64,000 nucleotides of DNA from an uncultured Chloroflexia bacterium (GCA_963774265.1 CAVZDU010000008.1:256001-320000), one strand, 5' to 3'; counted from the stretch's first letter, positions 50,730 through 61,491 are shown. The notes: generated from the sequence alone by a model not told the origin. Made by a program: numbers and translations.

Positions 50730-52778
50730 ATGCAGGGACATCGCTTATTACGGACCGTCGCGGTCCTGATCCTGATCGTGGCTCTGGTGTACCTTGTGCT
50801 GGCCATTGTGGCCACGGCCTGGCTGGGCGGTCGCGGTTTTGGCTCGGGTTGGGGCACAGGCTGGAGCGGCTGGCTGGTGATTCCGCTGGCCGGGGGTGCG
50901 ATCCTCGCGGCGTTGAGTCTCCTGGTGTTCGGGCTCATGCTCTTTTTCCTGGCCAGGATCGACGATAACCTCGCACAAGCACAGCTACAACGAAAGCCTG
51001 ATGCGGCGCGGCCCAAGGTGGCCCCTATGGCCCCCGCCGAGACGGTTGTCGTCCCGGCTGCAGCAGAGGCTATCGAAGCACCTCCTGCTGTGGCTGCTGC
51101 AGCGCCTGCGGTTGCCGCGCTCGCAGTCGACCGGGTCATGGAAGCCGAGCTCCCCAAAACCCCGGACGCCCCACCGCTGCATGTCGAGGTAGAAAAGCCT
51201 GGCTTTGTTGAGCTACCGCGGGTTGAGGCGGCCCTGCCCGAGCGCGAGTTGCCGGAAGTCGAGCTGCCGGCGGTTGAGGCGGCCCTGCCCGAGGTCGAGC
51301 TGCCAGCAGTCCGGCTGCCAGAGGTCGAGGTAACGGAGGTTGAGGCGGTCCTGCCCGAGGTCGAGCTGCCAGCAGTCCGGCTGCCAGAGGTCGAGGTAAC
51401 GGAGGTTGAGGCGGTCCTGCCCGAGGTCGAGCTGCCAGAAGTCCGGCTGCCGGAAGTCGAGTTGCCAGCGGTTGAGGCGGCTCTGCCTGAAGTCGAACTC
51501 CCGGAAGTCAGGCTGCCGGAAGTCGACTTGCCAGCGATTGAGGCAACCCTGCCCGAGATCGAGCTGCCAGAAGTCCGGCTGCCCGAGGTCGGGCTGCCGG
51601 CAGTTGAGGCGGCTCTGCCTGAAGTCGAACTCCCGGAAGTCCGACTGCCGGAAGTCGAGTTGCCAGCAGTTGAGGCGGCCTTGCCCGAGGTCGAGCTGCC
51701 AGAAGTCCGGATGCCGGAAGTCGAGTTGCCGCAAGTTGAGACAACCCTGCCCGAGATCGAGCTGCCAGAAGTCCGGCTGCCCGAGGTCGGGCTGCCGGCA
51801 GTTGAGGCGGCTCTGCCTGAAGTCGAACTCCCGGAAGTCCGACTGCCGGAAGTCGACTTGCCAGCGATTGAGGCAACCCTGCCCGAGATCGAGCTGCCGG
51901 AGATTCGACTGCCGGAAGTCGAGTTGCCAGCAGTTGAGGCGGCTCTGCCGGGAGTCGAGCTGCCGGAGGTCCGGCTGCCGGAAGTCGAGTTGCCGGCAGT
52001 TGAGGCAGCTCTGCCTGAAGTCGAACTCCCGGAAGTCAGGCTGCCGGAAGTCGAGTTGCCAGCGATTGAACTGCCCCAGGCTGAGGCCACTTTCGCGGAA
52101 CTCGAGGTGCCCGAAGTCAAATTCCCTGAGGTCGAGTTACCTGCGGCTGAACTGCCCCAGGCCGAGGCGACCTTCGCCGAACTCGAGGTGCCGGAAATCA
52201 GGCTCCCCGAAGTGGAACTGCCGGAGGTTGAGGCAACCCTGCCCGAGGCCGAGCTGCCAGCGGCAATCGAGGCTGAACCATCGCCGGGCACTTTGGCCAT
52301 GCCGAAAGACGAGAACGAGATGGTGTCCTTGCGCGACGAGGTCGCGTCACTGCGCGCGCTCCTCGCCCAGTTGCAATCGCAAGCAGGCCAACCTCCCGCG
52401 GCCGAGGCGTCCGCCGAACCGCCGGTGACCTCCCCTGATGCAAGCGCCAGCAAACTGCCTGGCGCCGATGATATTGCGCGCATCGCGGCTGAGATGGCGG
52501 CTATCACACCCAGACGAACCACCGAGGCGCCCCTGGATCTTTCCCAGACCCCGCGACCAGGGCAGAAGCGCACCGCATCGGGCGGGGATCAACTGGAGAT
52601 CATCATGGGCGTCGGCCCCATTTACGCCAAGCGGCTGCGCGAGGTCGGGATCACTACATATCAACAACTGGCCGAAGCGTCCTATGAAGTGCTCGATAAG
52701 GTCACTCGCGGCAACCTTGAACGCGTGATCAAGGAAGACTGGCGGGGCCAGGCGCGGCGTCTCATGAACCGCACATAG
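50730..52778 (+). CDS. Membrane protein with long LPEV repeat tract and C-terminal helix-hairpin-helix domain
   Basis: Two N-terminal TM helices; about 350 aa of LPEVE/LPEVR/LPAVEAA repeats; DQLEIIMGVGPIYAKRLREVGITTYQQLA. Confidence 0.85.
   Translation: MQGHRLLRTVAVLILIVALVYLVLAIVATAWLGGRGFGSGWGTGWSGWLVIPLAGGAILAALSLLVFGLMLFFLARIDDNLAQAQLQRKPDAARPKVAPMAPAETVVVPAAAEAIEAPPAVAAAAPAVAALAVDRVMEAELPKTPDAPPLHVEVEKPGFVELPRVEAALPERELPEVELPAVEAALPEVELPAVRLPEVEVTEVEAVLPEVELPAVRLPEVEVTEVEAVLPEVELPEVRLPEVELPAVEAALPEVELPEVRLPEVDLPAIEATLPEIELPEVRLPEVGLPAVEAALPEVELPEVRLPEVELPAVEAALPEVELPEVRMPEVELPQVETTLPEIELPEVRLPEVGLPAVEAALPEVELPEVRLPEVDLPAIEATLPEIELPEIRLPEVELPAVEAALPGVELPEVRLPEVELPAVEAALPEVELPEVRLPEVELPAIELPQAEATFAELEVPEVKFPEVELPAAELPQAEATFAELEVPEIRLPEVELPEVEATLPEAELPAAIEAEPSPGTLAMPKDENEMVSLRDEVASLRALLAQLQSQAGQPPAAEASAEPPVTSPDASASKLPGADDIARIAAEMAAITPRRTTEAPLDLSQTPRPGQKRTASGGDQLEIIMGVGPIYAKRLREVGITTYQQLAEASYEVLDKVTRGNLERVIKEDWRGQARRLMNRT
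51210..52260 (+). repeat. Coding tandem repeat (15-bp units within 66-bp units)
   Basis: Repeated LPEVELPEVRLPEVELPAVEAA; near-identical DNA blocks 198 bp apart at about 51544 and 51742. Confidence 0.9.
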
Positions 52779-52803
52779 CAGCATATTCATCTTCTCCACC
52801 TTG

Positions 52804-52857
52804 TGTAGGGACGGGGTCCCCTCGCCCGGAGCGGGCGGGAAAGACCCCGTCCCTACA
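52804..52857. repeat. GTAG-type REP-like palindrome
   Basis: TGTAGGGACGGGGTC...GACCCCGTCCCTACA, 15-bp perfect stem. Confidence 0.7.
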
Positions 52858-52935
52858 TTTAACGCGCCCAAAATGGAAGGAAACGCCGTTCTGAGGTATA
52901 ATAAGCGGTGAGTTGCCTACACGCCAAGGAGCGGT

Positions 52936-55506
52936 ATGAATAACGAAATCCCAGTAAACCTCAATCACCTAGGGATCGTCCGGCCGATCAGTATTGATGA
53001 CGAGATGCGGGGGTCCTACCTGGATTACGCGATGAGCGTGATTGTGTCGCGCGCACTCCCTGATGCGCGCGACGGCCTCAAGCCGGTCCAACGCCGCATC
53101 TTGTACGCGATGCACGACATGGGCATGCGGCCGGGCACACCTTATCGTAAATCGGCCCGCATCGTCGGTGAGGTACTGGGCAAATATCACCCTCACGGTG
53201 ACTCCGCGGTTTATGACGCCATGGCGCGGATGGCGCAGGATTTCAGCCTCCGTTACCCGTTGGTGGATGGCCAGGGCAACTTTGGGTCGGTGGATGGCGA
53301 TGCACCGGCAGCCATGCGTTATACCGAGGCCCGACTGGCTCGCATCGCCGAGGCGATGATGGCGGACATCGACAAGGAAACCGTCGACTGGAATGAGAAC
53401 TTCGACGGCAGCCTGCAAGAGCCGGCTGTCTTGCCTGCGCTCCTGCCCAACTTACTCTTGAACGGCGCTAGCGGCATCGCGGTTGGCATGGCAACCAATA
53501 TCCCGCCGCACAATCTCGGCGAGGTCGTCGACGCAATTGTCCACCTGATCGACCACTGGACTGAAGTCGACGATATCACCGTCGAAGAGCTGATGCAGTT
53601 CATTCAAGGTCCCGATTTCCCGACCGGAGGATTGGTGCTTGGCCGGGAGGAGATCCAGTCTGCTTATGGCACGGGCAAAGGTCGCATCATCATGCGTGCC
53701 CGGGCACGCATCGAGGAAATGAGCGGCGGCCGGCACCGCATCATCGTCTCCGAGATCCCATACCAACTCAACAAGAGCAACATCCTTGAGCGAATCGCGC
53801 AATTGGTTCGGGATGGCCGCATCAGCGATATCAGCGACCTGCGCGACGAGTCCGATCGGACCGGCATGCGTATCGTCATCGAACTCAAGCGCTCCGCTTC
53901 ACCGCGCAAAACCCTGAATCGGCTGTTCAAATTCACGCCGTTGCAAAGCACATTTGGCATAAACCTGCTGGCGTTGGTCGACGGCGAGCCGCGGCTGCTG
54001 AGCCTCAAGCGCGCGCTGCAACTCTACATCGACCATCGGATCGAGGTCATCACCCGGCGCACCAATTATCTCCTGAAAGCAGCGCGCGAACGCGTCCACG
54101 TCTTGGAGGGCCTGCGGATCGCTCTGGAGTTCCTCGATGAGGTGATTCGCATCATCCGCGCAGCCGACAGCGCAGAAGATGCCAAATCCAAGCTGATCGC
54201 ACGCTTCAACCTGAGTGACCGGCAGGCGCAGGCCATACTGGACATGCAGCTCCGTAGGTTGGCCAGCCTGGAACGCCAGAAGATTGAGGCTGAGTACCAG
54301 GAGTTATTGAATCAGATCGCTTACTACGAGTCGCTCCTGGCCGACCCCACGTTGGTCCTGGATGTCATTCGTGAGGAGGTGTTGAGCCTCAGGGAGAAAT
54401 TCGCTGATCGCCGGCGCACGGAAATCGTGGCCGAGGCCGCAGAGGGGTTCTCTGAAGAGGATCTTATCCGCCAGGAAGCTGTGTTGATCAGCGTGACACA
54501 AGGCAGCTACATCAAACGCACACCGCTGACCGCGTATCGGGCCCAAAAGCGCGGCGGCAGGGGTGTGCAGGGGATGCGGACAAAAGACGAAGACGAGGTC
54601 GTGGATCTGCTCTCGGCGCGCACTTTAGACCACATGCTCTGCTTCACCAACCGCGGCCGCGTATATGGGCAGCGGGTCTTCAACCTGCCCGAAACCGCCC
54701 GCGATGGGCGGGGCCTGCCGATGGTCAACTTCCTTAACCTGACTCCCGATGAGCGGGTGACTGCCACCCTGGTCGTGCCTGACTTCGAACAGGCGGAGTA
54801 CGTAACATTGCTCACCCAACACGGCAAAATCAAAAGGATGCAGCTGTCTGAATTTCGCGATGTGCGGCCGAGCGGCATCATCGCCATGAATCTGGGCCCG
54901 GGAGACGAATTGAGTTGGGCGCGGCTCACTCACGGCAAGGATGACTTCTTGATCGTGACGGCCGCCGGCAAGGCGTGTCGTTTCACTGAGCGGGAAGTCC
55001 GCCCCATGGGACGAACCGCCGCGGGGGTGAAGGCCATTCGGCTAGCCACCGAAGACACCATTGCAGCTTTTGACGTCGTTGAGCCGGACGGTGAGCTGCT
55101 CGTCGTGAGCGAACTAGGGTTTGGTAAACGTTGCCCTATGAGTGAGTTTCCGGTTCACGGGCGCAACTCACAAGGTGTGTGGGCACTGGATCACCGTCTG
55201 ATTGAGGAGACGGGCAAAGTGGCTGCGGCGCGCGTGGTGCACCCCGACGATCAGGTGACAATCATGACGTCGGGAGGCATTGTTATTCGCACGCTGGTGA
55301 AGGATATCCGGCAGGCAGGCCGTGCGACCAAAGGTGTCAAGGTGGTGACGCCCGGCAACGGAGACACCGTCAAGGCGATGGCGCGACTCTCCGCTGCGGT
55401 CGAGGCCAAGGCCGATGCTGAGGCTCAAGCCGAAGCCGCGCTCAGCGTCACCCGCAAGGTGATGGGGGAAGAGGACGGGCAGATGGCTGAGGAGCCTGTA
55501 ATCTGA
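52936..55506 (+). CDS. gyrA: DNA gyrase subunit A
   Basis: [30 protein letters not shown], GyrA-box QKRGGRG. Confidence 0.97.
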   Translation: MNNEIPVNLNHLGIVRPISIDDEMRGSYLDYAMSVIVSRALPDARDGLKPVQRRILYAMHDMGMRPGTPYRKSARIVGEVLGKYHPHGDSAVYDAMARMAQDFSLRYPLVDGQGNFGSVDGDAPAAMRYTEARLARIAEAMMADIDKETVDWNENFDGSLQEPAVLPALLPNLLLNGASGIAVGMATNIPPHNLGEVVDAIVHLIDHWTEVDDITVEELMQFIQGPDFPTGGLVLGREEIQSAYGTGKGRIIMRARARIEEMSGGRHRIIVSEIPYQLNKSNILERIAQLVRDGRISDISDLRDESDRTGMRIVIELKRSASPRKTLNRLFKFTPLQSTFGINLLALVDGEPRLLSLKRALQLYIDHRIEVITRRTNYLLKAARERVHVLEGLRIALEFLDEVIRIIRAADSAEDAKSKLIARFNLSDRQAQAILDMQLRRLASLERQKIEAEYQELLNQIAYYESLLADPTLVLDVIREEVLSLREKFADRRRTEIVAEAAEGFSEEDLIRQEAVLISVTQGSYIKRTPLTAYRAQKRGGRGVQGMRTKDEDEVVDLLSARTLDHMLCFTNRGRVYGQRVFNLPETARDGRGLPMVNFLNLTPDERVTATLVVPDFEQAEYVTLLTQHGKIKRMQLSEFRDVRPSGIIAMNLGPGDELSWARLTHGKDDFLIVTAAGKACRFTEREVRPMGRTAAGVKAIRLATEDTIAAFDVVEPDGELLVVSELGFGKRCPMSEFPVHGRNSQGVWALDHRLIEETGKVAAARVVHPDDQVTIMTSGGIVIRTLVKDIRQAGRATKGVKVVTPGNGDTVKAMARLSAAVEAKADAEAQAEAALSVTRKVMGEEDGQMAEEPVI

Positions 55507-55522
55507 GTTGGAGGTCTGAGCA

Positions 55523-56914
55523 GTGGTATCCCTTGCCTCCATTATCCGGCGCGACCGTCTCTATGTAGAGGTCATGACCGATCCGTCGGCGGAGGCCCTG
55601 GCGGAGACGCTGGTGGCGTTCGCGAATACGGACGGCGGCACGGTTCTGTTAGGTGTCGATGCAGCAGGCGAAATAACTGGCGATCTGCAAATTGAGGATG
55701 TCGACAGCCTCCTGCGCGCTGCGCTGGCTCATTGCCGTCCCATTGTGCGGACCGAGCTTGAACGCATTGAGGACCGAGGAGGACTTGCAGTTGCGATTGT
55801 CGTCTCGCGCAGCGCCGATCTGCATGGCCTAACAGACGGGCGCATGTTGATTCGCGCGGGGGAAGGCAACGCGCCCATGGATGCACAGCGCGTGCAAATC
55901 CTTGCTGTCAGCAAGGCGACTCTGGACTTTGAAAAGGAGATCATTTCAGACGCAACGCGCGACGATTTAGATCCTGAAGTGATCAACGATTACCTTAAGC
56001 ACCGGCGGGATCGGGTGGGGCGTGATATCAGCGAGACGCCTGACGAGTTGCTGCATTTGCTGGGAGCTGTTACTCGTTCAGAACAGATCACCGTGGCCGG
56101 CATCCTCTTGTTCGGCAAAGACCCGCAAGCGTTCCTGCCGCAGAGCGGGGTCACCTACGTACGTTTCCCGGGAAAAGAACCGCAAGCGCGCTACACTCGG
56201 CGCGAGGATTTTGATGGAGCGCTGGCGCGTATCATTGAGAAATGCTGGCAAGTGCTGCTGGTGGAACTGCGCGGCGAAGCGATCATGCGCGGCCTGAAGC
56301 GCGAGGAATATACCATTTTGCCGCTTGAGGCAGTGCGTGAAGCACTGGTCAATGCGGTCTCGCACCGCGAATATCGCTTGGCTGGCCGTCGTGTCGAGAT
56401 CAGGCAGTACGACGACCGCCTGGAGATTATCAGCCCAGGCTCCTTGCCAGCGTACATCACCCTGGACAACATGGTGGAAGAGCACTTCTCACGCAATTCG
56501 AGGGTGGTGAAGGGTTTGTACGAGTGGCGCTTCATCGAGGAATTGGGCCTCGGAGTCGACCTGATCTACTCGCTGATGCAGCAGCAAGGTCATCCGCCAC
56601 CCGAGTTCAAGGCCGACCAGAACACGGTCGTCGTTACATTGCGCCGTGGCGTGGGGATTCCCAATCCGCTCCGGTTCGCGCCTGACGAGGAAGGACGTCT
56701 AAACGAGCGACAAATCAAGGCGATTCTGTACCTGAGGCAGTATGGCCGGATCACGCACCGCGAGTACCGTGATCTCTGCGAAGACGTCAGCCCCGAGACC
56801 TTACGCCTGGATCTGGCGGATTTGGTCGACAAGAACGTGGTGGTAAAGATCGGCGATAAAAAGGGAACGTCCTACATCCTCAAGAACGTCGCGAAGACAA
56901 ACCCGAAGACGTAG
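55523..56914 (+). CDS. AlbA_2/Schlafen - HATPase_c_4 - wHTH putative regulator
   Basis: VAFANTDGG, REALVNAVSHREY, EIISPGSL, SRN..IEELGLGV, LNERQ..DLADLV. Confidence 0.85.
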   Translation: MVSLASIIRRDRLYVEVMTDPSAEALAETLVAFANTDGGTVLLGVDAAGEITGDLQIEDVDSLLRAALAHCRPIVRTELERIEDRGGLAVAIVVSRSADLHGLTDGRMLIRAGEGNAPMDAQRVQILAVSKATLDFEKEIISDATRDDLDPEVINDYLKHRRDRVGRDISETPDELLHLLGAVTRSEQITVAGILLFGKDPQAFLPQSGVTYVRFPGKEPQARYTRREDFDGALARIIEKCWQVLLVELRGEAIMRGLKREEYTILPLEAVREALVNAVSHREYRLAGRRVEIRQYDDRLEIISPGSLPAYITLDNMVEEHFSRNSRVVKGLYEWRFIEELGLGVDLIYSLMQQQGHPPPEFKADQNTVVVTLRRGVGIPNPLRFAPDEEGRLNERQIKAILYLRQYGRITHREYRDLCEDVSPETLRLDLADLVDKNVVVKIGDKKGTSYILKNVAKTNPKT

Positions 56915-56948
56915 AGTTATCCCAAATTCGATTTGGGTTATATTTGGG

Positions 56949-57752
56949 TTATCGCAGGCCGCATGGGTTCCAGGCGGCCTGCGTTGCATCATGGGTCAGG
57001 TGGAGAAGGTCGAGCAATGCCCGGGAAAAACGGGCAGGGTCACCCGTGGTGTAAAACTCGTGACTTGCCGGTGACCCCGTCGCAAGCAAGTCGCGCTGGG
57101 CAAGGACCCGGCCGACCTGCCGCGCCACGGCTGGTGCTGGATCGATGATCTCGATATCAGGACCGGCAACGGCCTCGATCAGCGGCCTCAGAAACGGGTA
57201 GTGCGTGCAGCCGAGAACCAATTCATCCACGCCGGCATCGATCAGGGGGGTCACATAGGCTGCTACCGCAGCGCGCGCCCGATCCGTCGTCACCTCGCCT
57301 GCCTCCACCAATGGCACCAATTCGGGGCACACCTGGGCATGCACCGTAACCTCAGCACCAAACCGGTTGATGAGGCTGGCGAACAACTCACCTTGAAACG
57401 TTGCCTGCGTGGCCAGCACACCAACATGCCGCGAGCGCGTCCGTTGAGCAGCAGGCTTGACGGCCGGCTCCATGCCAACGAACGGGACACCCGGATACTG
57501 GCCGCGCAACCAGTGAAGTGCAGCAGCCGAGGCTGTGTTGCAGGCGATCACGATCACGTGTGCCCCCTTGCCCAGCAGAAAACGCGTGATCCCATGTGAC
57601 AGCCCACGAATCTCGTCGAGCGAGCGCTGGCCGTATGGCGCGTTCGCCTGGTCAGCCAGGTAGATCAATGGCTGCGCGGGCAACTGCGCCATCAGCTCAG
57701 CGACGACTGACAGCCCGCCCACCCCCGAATCGAACACACCGACCGGAATCAT
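56949..57752 (-). CDS. murI: Glutamate racemase
   Basis: VGVFDSGVGGLSV, PYG, IACNTAS, VLGCTHYP. Confidence 0.95.
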   Translation of the reverse strand: MIPVGVFDSGVGGLSVVAELMAQLPAQPLIYLADQANAPYGQRSLDEIRGLSHGITRFLLGKGAHVIVIACNTASAAALHWLRGQYPGVPFVGMEPAVKPAAQRTRSRHVGVLATQATFQGELFASLINRFGAEVTVHAQVCPELVPLVEAGEVTTDRARAAVAAYVTPLIDAGVDELVLGCTHYPFLRPLIEAVAGPDIEIIDPAPAVARQVGRVLAQRDLLATGSPASHEFYTTGDPARFSRALLDLLHLTHDATQAAWNPCGLR

Positions 57753-57784
57753 CGCCCCCTCTTCATCGGTTGTTTTCGCCCAAA

Positions 57785-58525
57785 TTAATCCTTCGCACAG
57801 GCGGCCACAAAGATCTCGAAAATCCTGCGAGCATGCGGTTCTGTGCGAAACATACCTTCGGGGTGCCATTGCACGGCCAAAGCAAACCGCTTATCGGGAT
57901 GCTCGATGGCTTCGACCACACCGTCTTCGGCGTACGCCACCCCTTTGAATTCACTTGCGATCGCTTTGAGAGACTGATGATGAAAGCTGTTGGTCATGAT
58001 TTCGTGCTCGCCCAGGATGCTAGCCAGCAAGCAGCGCGGCTCGATAACGACTTTGTGCGTCGGCCGTTCCCATGCGCTATCGGCCAACTTGTAGTCGTGG
58101 GTCGACGCGCCGGCGACCTGGTCAGGAATATGCTGATACAGGCTGCCGCCCGCGGCTACATTGAGCAACTGAATGCCCCGGCAAATGCCGAGCACGGGCA
58201 GATCCGCATCCAACGCCCAACGGGCTAAGGTCAGCTCGGTCTCATCGCGTGCCCGGTCAACGCTTCCTAAGTGTGCGTGGCGTGATTCGCCGTACGCGCC
58301 GGGATCCACATCCACGCCGCCTGACAGGCACAGCCCATCTAGACGCTCGAAAATAGCTCGCAAGGTGCCATTCGGAAGGTTTAGTGGGATTACCAGGGGC
58401 AATGCACCGCACGCGGCCAGTGCAGCTGGATAGTGCCCGTTAAACCGATAGCTTGGGGTGGCGGTGTATTCCTGGTCGACCTGAGTGGCGGCCGGGATGC
58501 CGATGAGTGGGTAGGATGGGGTCAC
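57785..58525 (-). CDS. Peptidase C26 / gamma-glutamyl-GABA hydrolase family
   Basis: LSGGVDVDP, LGICRGIQ, NSFHHQ, VQWHPE. Confidence 0.9.
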   Translation of the reverse strand: MTPSYPLIGIPAATQVDQEYTATPSYRFNGHYPAALAACGALPLVIPLNLPNGTLRAIFERLDGLCLSGGVDVDPGAYGESRHAHLGSVDRARDETELTLARWALDADLPVLGICRGIQLLNVAAGGSLYQHIPDQVAGASTHDYKLADSAWERPTHKVVIEPRCLLASILGEHEIMTNSFHHQSLKAIASEFKGVAYAEDGVVEAIEHPDKRFALAVQWHPEGMFRTEPHARRIFEIFVAACAKD

Positions 58526-58628
58526 GCAGTTTCGCTCCTGAATGTTTTCGCACCACCAGTGCGCGGGCGGGATTATAGCGCCAGTGGGACGAGTTGCCAA
58601 CTCGACCCACACACGGTATATTCGGCCT

Positions 58629-60463
58629 GTGACTTCCTCTCGCATCGCGCGCGATTCGTGCATAGCTGGCCTCGTGTTGATTGTGTTCTTCGCTGGGCTG
58701 TATCTGCTCACGCTGGATAATGGGTTGCGCCCTGGGGAGCTGGAGGGTGGCGATCTGATCACTCACCAGTACGCGCGAGGTGCAGGGGCGGCCCAGTAAC
58801 GCACCGGGCTATCCGCTGTATACGATGGGCGGCTGGTTGTGGTTCCGCGCCGGGCGCGCCCTGCTGGGCGTGGACCATAATCCGATCCAAATCCTGTCCA
58901 GCTACTCGACCTTGTGGGCGCTCGTGGCACTTGCACTGCTCTATTGGCTGTGCCAGGAAGTGACAGGACGCAACTGGCCGGTGGCTGTATTAGCCACCGC
59001 ATTTTTGGGCCTCACCTATTTCTTCTGGTATTACGCGGTCACCACCGAACAGTACACCTCTTCGGTGGCGTGGACGTTGGCCGTCCTTCTGCTGGCGTTT
59101 CGATGGGAGCGAACCCGACGTGATAGTCATCTGCTGGGGCTCGCCCTGCTCGCAGGGATCGGGCTGGCCCACCAGCTCACCGTGCTGGCAATCTTGCCGC
59201 CTCTGCTGTGGCTCATTCTCCGCACCGAGCCGAGCTTACTCCGGCGCGGCAGGCTGATCTCAGCGGCCATAGTGCTGGTGATTTTGCCCTTGCTGAGCTA
59301 TCTCTTCGTCTACGTACGCGGCGCGCAGCACCCGGAGTGGCGCGGCGTGGGCCAGTGGGCGAGCACCTGGGCATGGTTCCTGAGTTTTGTCTCCACCGGC
59401 CAGGGCCGCGGCGAGTTGACATGGTCACTACAGCCGTTCCTCACCCCAGTGTTCCCGGCGCTCATTTGGGGCGAGATGACCTGGCCCGGGCTGCTCGCCG
59501 GTCTGACGGGCATTTCGGCGCTTGGCCGGCGCCGCGTGGCTCTGCTCTACGCAACAATCGTGATCTACCTCATCTTCTGCTGGATCGACCGGCTTGGCAA
59601 CTGGTACCAGGTTGTCATGCCCGTATATGCCCTCCTGGTGTTGGGACTGGCGGCCGGTGCGAATTGGGTCATCCAGCATGCGCGGAGCAAGTCGGTTACC
59701 GCGGTCGTCTTCGTGTCCCTCGTCGCCTTGGTGGCTTATCGCGGCGTCGCATCGTTTCCGCGCGCCGACGCCAGCAACCGGCCGGATGACACCGCGCTCG
59801 GCGCCGGGATGGGCAATCCTGGCCGATGATCCGCCGCTGGGAACGGCCATTCTTGGAACACAACCGGAATCGTTGAGTCTGGGTTACTTGACAGAAATCT
59901 GGGGCCAGCGCGCGGACCTGCGCGGGATTACAAGCGCCGAGGCGCGAGGGCTGTTAGCTAGCCCAGGCTTCGCAGCGACTGAGGCCGCGCTGCCATTAGT
60001 GGCCACGGAAGTGGATCCCCACGCCCGATACAGCGCGCTCGGCCGCACCTTGTCTTGGGTGCGCGCTGATGCTTCAACCGAGATTCCCACCGGCTTGCTG
60101 CCCTGGCGCCAGGCATTCGGCGACGAGCTCGCGTTGGTGGGAGGTAATACAACGCGCAATCGCGCGACAGGGGAAGAAGTGGTGATTCTTGCCTGGCAGG
60201 CAACCGGAACACCGGCGCACGATTGGTCGATTTCCGTCCGCCTCGTGCAAGGCGGGGTCGAGATCGCACAGATGGACCGCCAACGTCCCGTTTTCGGCGC
60301 CTATCCTACCACTCGCTGGCTTCCTGGCGAAGTAGTAACGGACGCTTACGCCTTTGCACTGCCTGCCGGCGCCTCCCCACAGGCGGTGACTGTCGTGGTG
60401 TATCGCCGCGCCGAAGACGGTGGGTTCCTCAACCTGGACACTGCGACGTTCCAGTTGCAGTAG
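58629..60463 (+). CDS. DUF2723-like membrane glycosyltransferase (GT-C) (frameshifts near 58780 and 59810)
   Basis: YLLTL..GGD, NAPGYPLY, FWYYAVTTEQY, GLAHQ, multiple TMs, YPTTRWLPGEVVTD. Confidence 0.75.
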
Positions 60464-60474
60464 CGTCCAGGACA

Positions 60475-60510
60475 ACAAAGCAGCGGTGCCTTGAGGCGCC
60501 GCCGCTTTGT
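60475..60510. terminator. Bidirectional terminator between convergent genes
   Basis: ACAAAGCAGCGGTGCC-TTGA-GGCGCCGCCGCTTTGT. Confidence 0.6.
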
Positions 60511-60534
60511 GTAGGCTCTGGCAAATTGAGCGGC

Positions 60535-60993
60535 CTAAATGGGTTCCTTGCTGCGTTCGACAATGGCCGTGATCGTTGCCGTCAGACCGCCACCCAGCCG
60601 CAACGTTATGGCGTGATGCCCAAGCGACTTGATTGGATGCTCCAGGTCGATCACGCGCTTGTCCACGGATATCCCGGTGCTCTTGCTCAGCGCCTCTGCC
60701 ACATCTTGTCCGGTGATGGATCCATACAGGCGGTCGCCCTCGCCAGAGCGCGCCTTGAAAACAACGGTTTGGCCTTCAAGCTTCGCAGCCAGGGTTTTGG
60801 CCTCGTTCGTTTTCTTCTCGATTTTGCGCACCTCGGCGGCCTTGAGCTGCTCTGCTACCTTAACGCTGCCCTCAGTCACCGGTTGCGCCAATTTGTTAGG
60901 CAACAGGTAGTTGGCCGCGTGGCCGCCTGCGACCTCTTTCACCTCACCTGCCTTACCAAGGCCCTTGACATCTTTCAAGAGAAGCACGCGCAT
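60535..60993 (-). CDS. rplI: 50S ribosomal protein L9
   Basis: MRVLLLKDVKGLGKAGEVKEV..GHAANYLLP, RLYGSIT, PIKSLG. Confidence 0.96.
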   Translation of the reverse strand: MRVLLLKDVKGLGKAGEVKEVAGGHAANYLLPNKLAQPVTEGSVKVAEQLKAAEVRKIEKKTNEAKTLAAKLEGQTVVFKARSGEGDRLYGSITGQDVAEALSKSTGISVDKRVIDLEHPIKSLGHHAITLRLGGGLTATITAIVERSKEPI

Positions 60994-61051
60994 TGCCTCA
61001 TCTCCCTCGATCAAGCTGATTTATTGCGTGCCGATTATAGCATAACTTGCG

Positions 61052-61252
61052 TCAGCCACCCCATGCGCCGTGGTAATACCGCCACTCGGGATCATAGCTC
61101 TCCGGGTGCATCACCGAACGAGCAGCCTGCTCGTCCCTTGTCGGTGGGGCAGACGGTGCAGATTCCGGTTTGGGCTGGTCCACGAAACGGCTTGACGCTT
61201 GCGTGGCGCCGTTCCCCTTGGGTGGGTGGCTTGTATCATCTATCTGGGACAT
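61052..61252 (-). CDS. Small hypothetical protein (66 aa) behind an attenuator
   Basis: AGGAG SD 7 nt before ATG; disordered N-terminus, aromatic C-terminus YDPEWRYYHGAWGG. Confidence 0.6.
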   Translation of the reverse strand: MSQIDDTSHPPKGNGATQASSRFVDQPKPESAPSAPPTRDEQAARSVMHPESYDPEWRYYHGAWGG

Positions 61253-61290
61253 GATTTTGTCTCCTGTTGATCCGTCTGATGAGAGATGAG

Positions 61291-61441
61291 AAAAGAAAGC
61301 GGAGCCCCCCGTTTGGAAGGCTCCGCCTGAGTGAACCAGGTCTACGCTGCCCTGTCGCTTGCGCTAGCTACTGCCAAACGGGGGTCGCTCCTTGTCTCCA
61401 AGGAGCGCGGTAAGCAACAGGCCGATAGCGCGCGTATACAT
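61291..61441 (-). promoter_or_regulatory. Ribosome-mediated transcription attenuator (Leu/branched-chain type)
   Basis: Leader peptide, hairpin CGCTCCTTG-GAGA-CAAGGAGCG, antiterminator CCCCCGTTTGG complementary to terminator GCGGAGCCTTCCAAACGGGGGGCTCCGC-TTTCTTTT. Confidence 0.8.
61364..61441 (-). CDS. Leader peptide MYTRAIGLLLTALLGDKERPPFGSS
   Basis: 25 codons with five Leu in a 7-codon stretch; purine-rich AGAAAGAG upstream. Confidence 0.7.
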   Translation of the reverse strand: MYTRAIGLLLTALLGDKERPPFGSS

Positions 61442-61462
61442 GGCAGTTCTCTTTCTGGATAA

Positions 61463-61491
61463 AAAGTACCACACGTCGATATCTGTGTCAA
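61463..61491 (-). promoter_or_regulatory. sigma70 promoter of the attenuated transcript
   Basis: TTGACA-N17-TACTTT with TGn extension. Confidence 0.7.

Noticed and set aside
51210-52260. Possible CRISPR array
   Set aside because: Degenerate in-frame coding repeats with no unique spacers and no cas genes
50726-52573. 615-aa Ser/Thr/Gly-rich minus-strand ORF, and the Cys/Arg-rich ORF 51406-52428
   Set aside because: Antisense and alternate-frame shadows of the LPEV repeat gene
55523-56914. Schlafen-domain anti-phage system
   Set aside because: Common AlbA_2-HATPase-wHTH architecture between housekeeping genes gyrA and murI, with no defence neighbours
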